Positions 39,983 to 42,509 of a stretch of 42,509 nt of DNA are shown piece by piece; position 1 is the first letter of the stretch; every line of letters starts with the position of its first letter. Below the pieces are notes generated by a model. It had not been told where the DNA came from, ran no database searches, and saw only the letters and a list, made by a program, of their open reading frames with translations. The position numbers and the translations under genes are program-made. Origin of the DNA: a virus. Where the stretch lies: positions 1-42,509 of the IMG/VR virus record IMGVR_UViG_3300018080_000053; one strand, 5' to 3'.

Positions 39983-41458
39983 CTAGCTTCTGAACATAGC
40001 AAGGGGGAGCCTATAGATATTGCCGCTTTCAGGTTGCCCGGAGTCAGGCTCAACTATGACCCAAAGATCCCGACCGTCAAAAACAAGGTCATTGTGAGGA
40101 CCGAAATTGATCGTGCGATCATGAGGCGTGATCAAAAACGGGGTTGCAATGTCGGTCAATTGTCTGATCTCAGGATCTTGACGATCAATTTGTGAGAATT
40201 TCGAAGCATCGATCTTGAGCAATGCAAACTGATTGCCAGTCCCGCCCGGGAGATCAATATTCGTGAGCATCCAAAGATTGATCCCGTCAAAGACCATACC
40301 CCAGCAAGCATTATCATAATGAGTGACCTCCCCTGACACGTAAGCTGGCCCGGGGATCGTCGTCTGACCTCGGATAATTTCATCAAGATCAGCATCAAGG
40401 TAATTGTGAGATTTGACGAGCTCAACTAAATCACCGCTGAGGCTATAAAGAGCACTGACAAAAGCGCGGTTTGACTGTCCAATCGCGCAAAGTCTAGCCC
40501 CTCGCGTTGTCAAGGCCCGGGGGTAGTTTGCTCCCCCGCACCCCGTTGTTGGGGCTGCAATCTGAGCTGAGCATAAGTGACTTGCGCTTGTTGTTGTATC
40601 ATTGACAACAAAAAAGATATACTGACCGTCAGAACAAATCCCCTCAACCGCTTGCATGTTGATTCCGGTGGGGGCATCCCCGGCCCCTCCCGCGGTCAGG
40701 AAACCCGTTGACCTATTGACGATCTGAACTGCAGGAGCCCCCGCGGTTGTGATATTGATCCACCCCTGAGAAATCGCAAGATAAGTCGCATCAGCAATTA
40801 TCACCTTAGCATGTTTATAATAAAGCGGCTGAGGCCCGTTGCCCGATCCTGACAATGAGGATCCGGTTGCAGCCCAGCCCGTTTTAACGTTCCAGGTTGC
40901 AAGATCCCACGCTTGAATTCTATAAACGTCAGGGGAGGCGTTGCTATCAATGAAAACAACATACGCTGAGACCCCGTCAGTGCACATTGACACAACTGAC
41001 CAAACCTCACCACCTTCTGAGGGGAGGTCTAACTTGAGATCATTTGAGGTCCCGACTTGTGTCAATGACCGCGGATCCCAAACTTCGATCACGGTTGCCG
41101 CGTTGTCAATGGCAAGCAATCGGGGATCGTTCTCAGCGGTGAAATAGACCTCAAGATCTCGATACTCTTTACCACTGCCCCCCGCGATAAAATTGGTAAC
41201 GTCATTGCCGACACCCCATGAGTCAGGCCAAAGACCCGTTGAGATCGCCAGCTGGGGATCCGTTGACCCCTCAAAAAAGGAATCAACCCGCTCTTGCACA
41301 ATGCGATCAATCTTGTCCTCAATCTTGTCAAATAACCAGTTAATCCACTCAAAAGGGACTTGCTCATTGTCAACCCAGCCTAGATCCTGTTTTGGGTCTG
41401 ACGGGGCTGTTTTGGTTCCCGCGTTTGCCCAGCGCTTGAGAAATTTTCCTATAGTCAT
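39983..41458 (-). CDS. Tail fibre / receptor-binding protein with repeated beta-propeller-like blades
   Basis: 491 aa. It has a fibre-type N-terminus (LGWVDNEQVPFEWINWLFDKIEDKI). It also has recurring blade-like motifs: TDGVSAYVVF, SDGQYIFFVV, FDGINLWML, FDGRDLWVIV. Confidence 0.6.
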   Translation of the reverse strand: MTIGKFLKRWANAGTKTAPSDPKQDLGWVDNEQVPFEWINWLFDKIEDKIDRIVQERVDSFFEGSTDPQLAISTGLWPDSWGVGNDVTNFIAGGSGKEYRDLEVYFTAENDPRLLAIDNAATVIEVWDPRSLTQVGTSNDLKLDLPSEGGEVWSVVSMCTDGVSAYVVFIDSNASPDVYRIQAWDLATWNVKTGWAATGSSLSGSGNGPQPLYYKHAKVIIADATYLAISQGWINITTAGAPAVQIVNRSTGFLTAGGAGDAPTGINMQAVEGICSDGQYIFFVVNDTTTSASHLCSAQIAAPTTGCGGANYPRALTTRGARLCAIGQSNRAFVSALYSLSGDLVELVKSHNYLDADLDEIIRGQTTIPGPAYVSGEVTHYDNACWGMVFDGINLWMLTNIDLPGGTGNQFALLKIDASKFSQIDRQDPEIRQLTDIATPFLITPHDRTINFGPHNDLVFDGRDLWVIVEPDSGQPESGNIYRLPLAMFRS

Positions 41459-41471
41459 TTTGTACCTCTCA

Positions 41472-42068
41472 TCAAGGCCAGTTGATGATCTCTAACTTGA
41501 CCCCCGCTGATACGGGTGCAAGCCTTTCGATGATTCTACGTTGAGCCCCCGTCAAAGCGGTTGCAAGCTCAACGGTCACATAGCCAATTTCAGGAGACCG
41601 GATCTCAGACTCAATTGAGAAAACAAATTTAATGAATTCATAGATCGCGGGGATCGTCGATTTTGAATAAGTCGCCTTGACTTTACCAAACAGATACTCA
41701 CGATATATGTCGTCAGAAGCAAGGTTATCAGTGGGGAGCCCGTTGAGGCTTGTCAAAACCCCACCATCAAGCGCTGAGAGGCTTGAGAGACCTTGATCCG
41801 GGTTGTCAGGGTCCCCCACTGCCTTGAGGGTAAATACCCCGCTGTCAGGGACCTCCTCAGCTGGCCTGGGAAAGCCTACGATGTCCCCAACTTGATCTAG
41901 CCAAACTCCCTCAGCGGTTTCGATCGTGCGATACAACAAGAGCCCCTCAAGGACAATGTCAGTGTCCTCAAAACGGGCTGCGATTGCCGTCAGTATCGCT
42001 TGCCAGTTAGGCCCATCCGAAAACTGATTGAGAAGCCTCCCGATTGCCTTTATTGATCTTGCTCCCAT
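41472..42068 (-). CDS. Baseplate wedge protein 2 (gpI / DUF2612-XkdU-like)
   Basis: 198 aa immediately after baseplate J (ATGA-type junction). It has the pattern LLNQFSD.PNWQAIL.AIA..FED....LE.L...R.I..A.G.WLD.VGDIVG.PR. Confidence 0.55.
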   Translation of the reverse strand: MGARSIKAIGRLLNQFSDGPNWQAILTAIAARFEDTDIVLEGLLLYRTIETAEGVWLDQVGDIVGFPRPAEEVPDSGVFTLKAVGDPDNPDQGLSSLSALDGGVLTSLNGLPTDNLASDDIYREYLFGKVKATYSKSTIPAIYEFIKFVFSIESEIRSPEIGYVTVELATALTGAQRRIIERLAPVSAGVKLEIINWP

Positions 42069-42509
42069 TATGAGAATACCCGGACATTGGGGAGCGTTAT
42101 AACCGCTCTCTCATTGGTTGCAATTGCTAGGTTACCAGTCCCGGACGGTGGAAATGATATATCAAGTTTCAAATCTGATACATAGTGACCGGGGACAGAA
42201 TTGATCGGAGTATATAAACGGGTGAATTCTACATCTTCACCGATCTCGAAATTCTCATAGTAATCAACGATCGCTTGTTTGATCTGGTCATCCCCGTCCG
42301 GGGGATACTCCGAATCAGTTACAACCGTAACGTCAATATAGTTGGTAATGTCATCGGGTCTCTCAAAGGTGATCGTGTAAGTCTCACCCGTGATCGGATC
42401 CACGTATGCAACGGGAGTATCCCCAAACATCCCGATCCCAGCGCTGAGGGTTTCGAAAATCGCTTGAGCAATGTCCGTATCTGATCCCCCTAACACGATC
42501 GCCCAAATA
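42068..42509 (-). CDS. Baseplate J-like protein, C-terminal part (continues from 836..1 across the circular junction)
   Basis: Same frame as 1..836 through the 123-nt repeat. The Met at 42496 in the ORF track is internal. Confidence 0.85.
   Translation of the reverse strand, partial: IWAIVLGGSDTDIAQAIFETLSAGIGMFGDTPVAYVDPITGETYTITFERPDDITNYIDVTVVTDSEYPPDGDDQIKQAIVDYYENFEIGEDVEFTRLYTPINSVPGHYVSDLKLDISFPPSGTGNLAIATNERAVITLPNVRVFS
42387..42509. repeat. Terminal direct repeat, copy 2 (identical to 1..123)
   Basis: Same 123-nt string as 1..123. The unique genome length is therefore 42386 bp. Confidence 0.95.

Noticed and set aside
1-42509. Diversity-generating retroelement, retron or other RT-based system; integrase/repressor lysogeny module; tRNA genes
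   Set aside because: I found no reverse-transcriptase (YxDD) or tyrosine/serine recombinase motifs in any listed ORF. I saw no template/variable repeat pair near the fibre gene and no cloverleaf-like GTTCGAATC/T-loop sequences by eye. A tRNAscan or HMM search would be needed to be certain.

Overview
This window is a complete, circularly closed genome of about 42.39 kb from a tailed dsDNA phage. Bases 1..123 are identical to 42387..42509, and a baseplate-J gene reads in frame across that junction. The genome has two large transcription blocks. (1) A minus-strand late block runs from 20075 down through position 1, wraps, and continues from 42509 down to 39623. It encodes small and large terminase, a four-gene accessory insert, DUF1073-type portal, MuF-like protein, DUF2213-like protease/scaffold, decoration protein, HK97-fold major capsid and head-tail connectors. 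It continues with a contractile tail (sheath, tube, chaperone with a probable -1 frameshift, tape measure), baseplate (hub, spike, gp25-like, J, gpI-like), a fibre/receptor-binding protein and a small tail-anchored membrane protein. (2) A plus-strand early/replication block (21702..39626) holds many small Cys-rich proteins, a Lar-like fusion, an amidase, a primase-polymerase/P4-type helicase and a DPPY methyltransferase. It also holds two AT-hook/histone-H1-like proteins, a DUF2800 nuclease, a DUF2815 SSB, DUF1937, a family A DNA polymerase, an SLT transglycosylase, VRR-NUC, an SNF2 helicase and DUF3310. I saw no integrase, repressor, RNA polymerase, reverse transcriptase, tRNA or CRISPR array. 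The most unusual part is the 1.6-kb region with no credible ORFs between the two blocks (20076..21701). It contains two tandem units of consensus promoter, structured RNA of about 160-180 nt and intrinsic terminator, all aimed at the terminase gene. It also contains a plus-strand promoter/sRNA/terminator unit, a long 5'UTR hairpin, and an AT-rich core carrying a MITE-like element. All protein family names are recalled from motifs and synteny; no searches were run.
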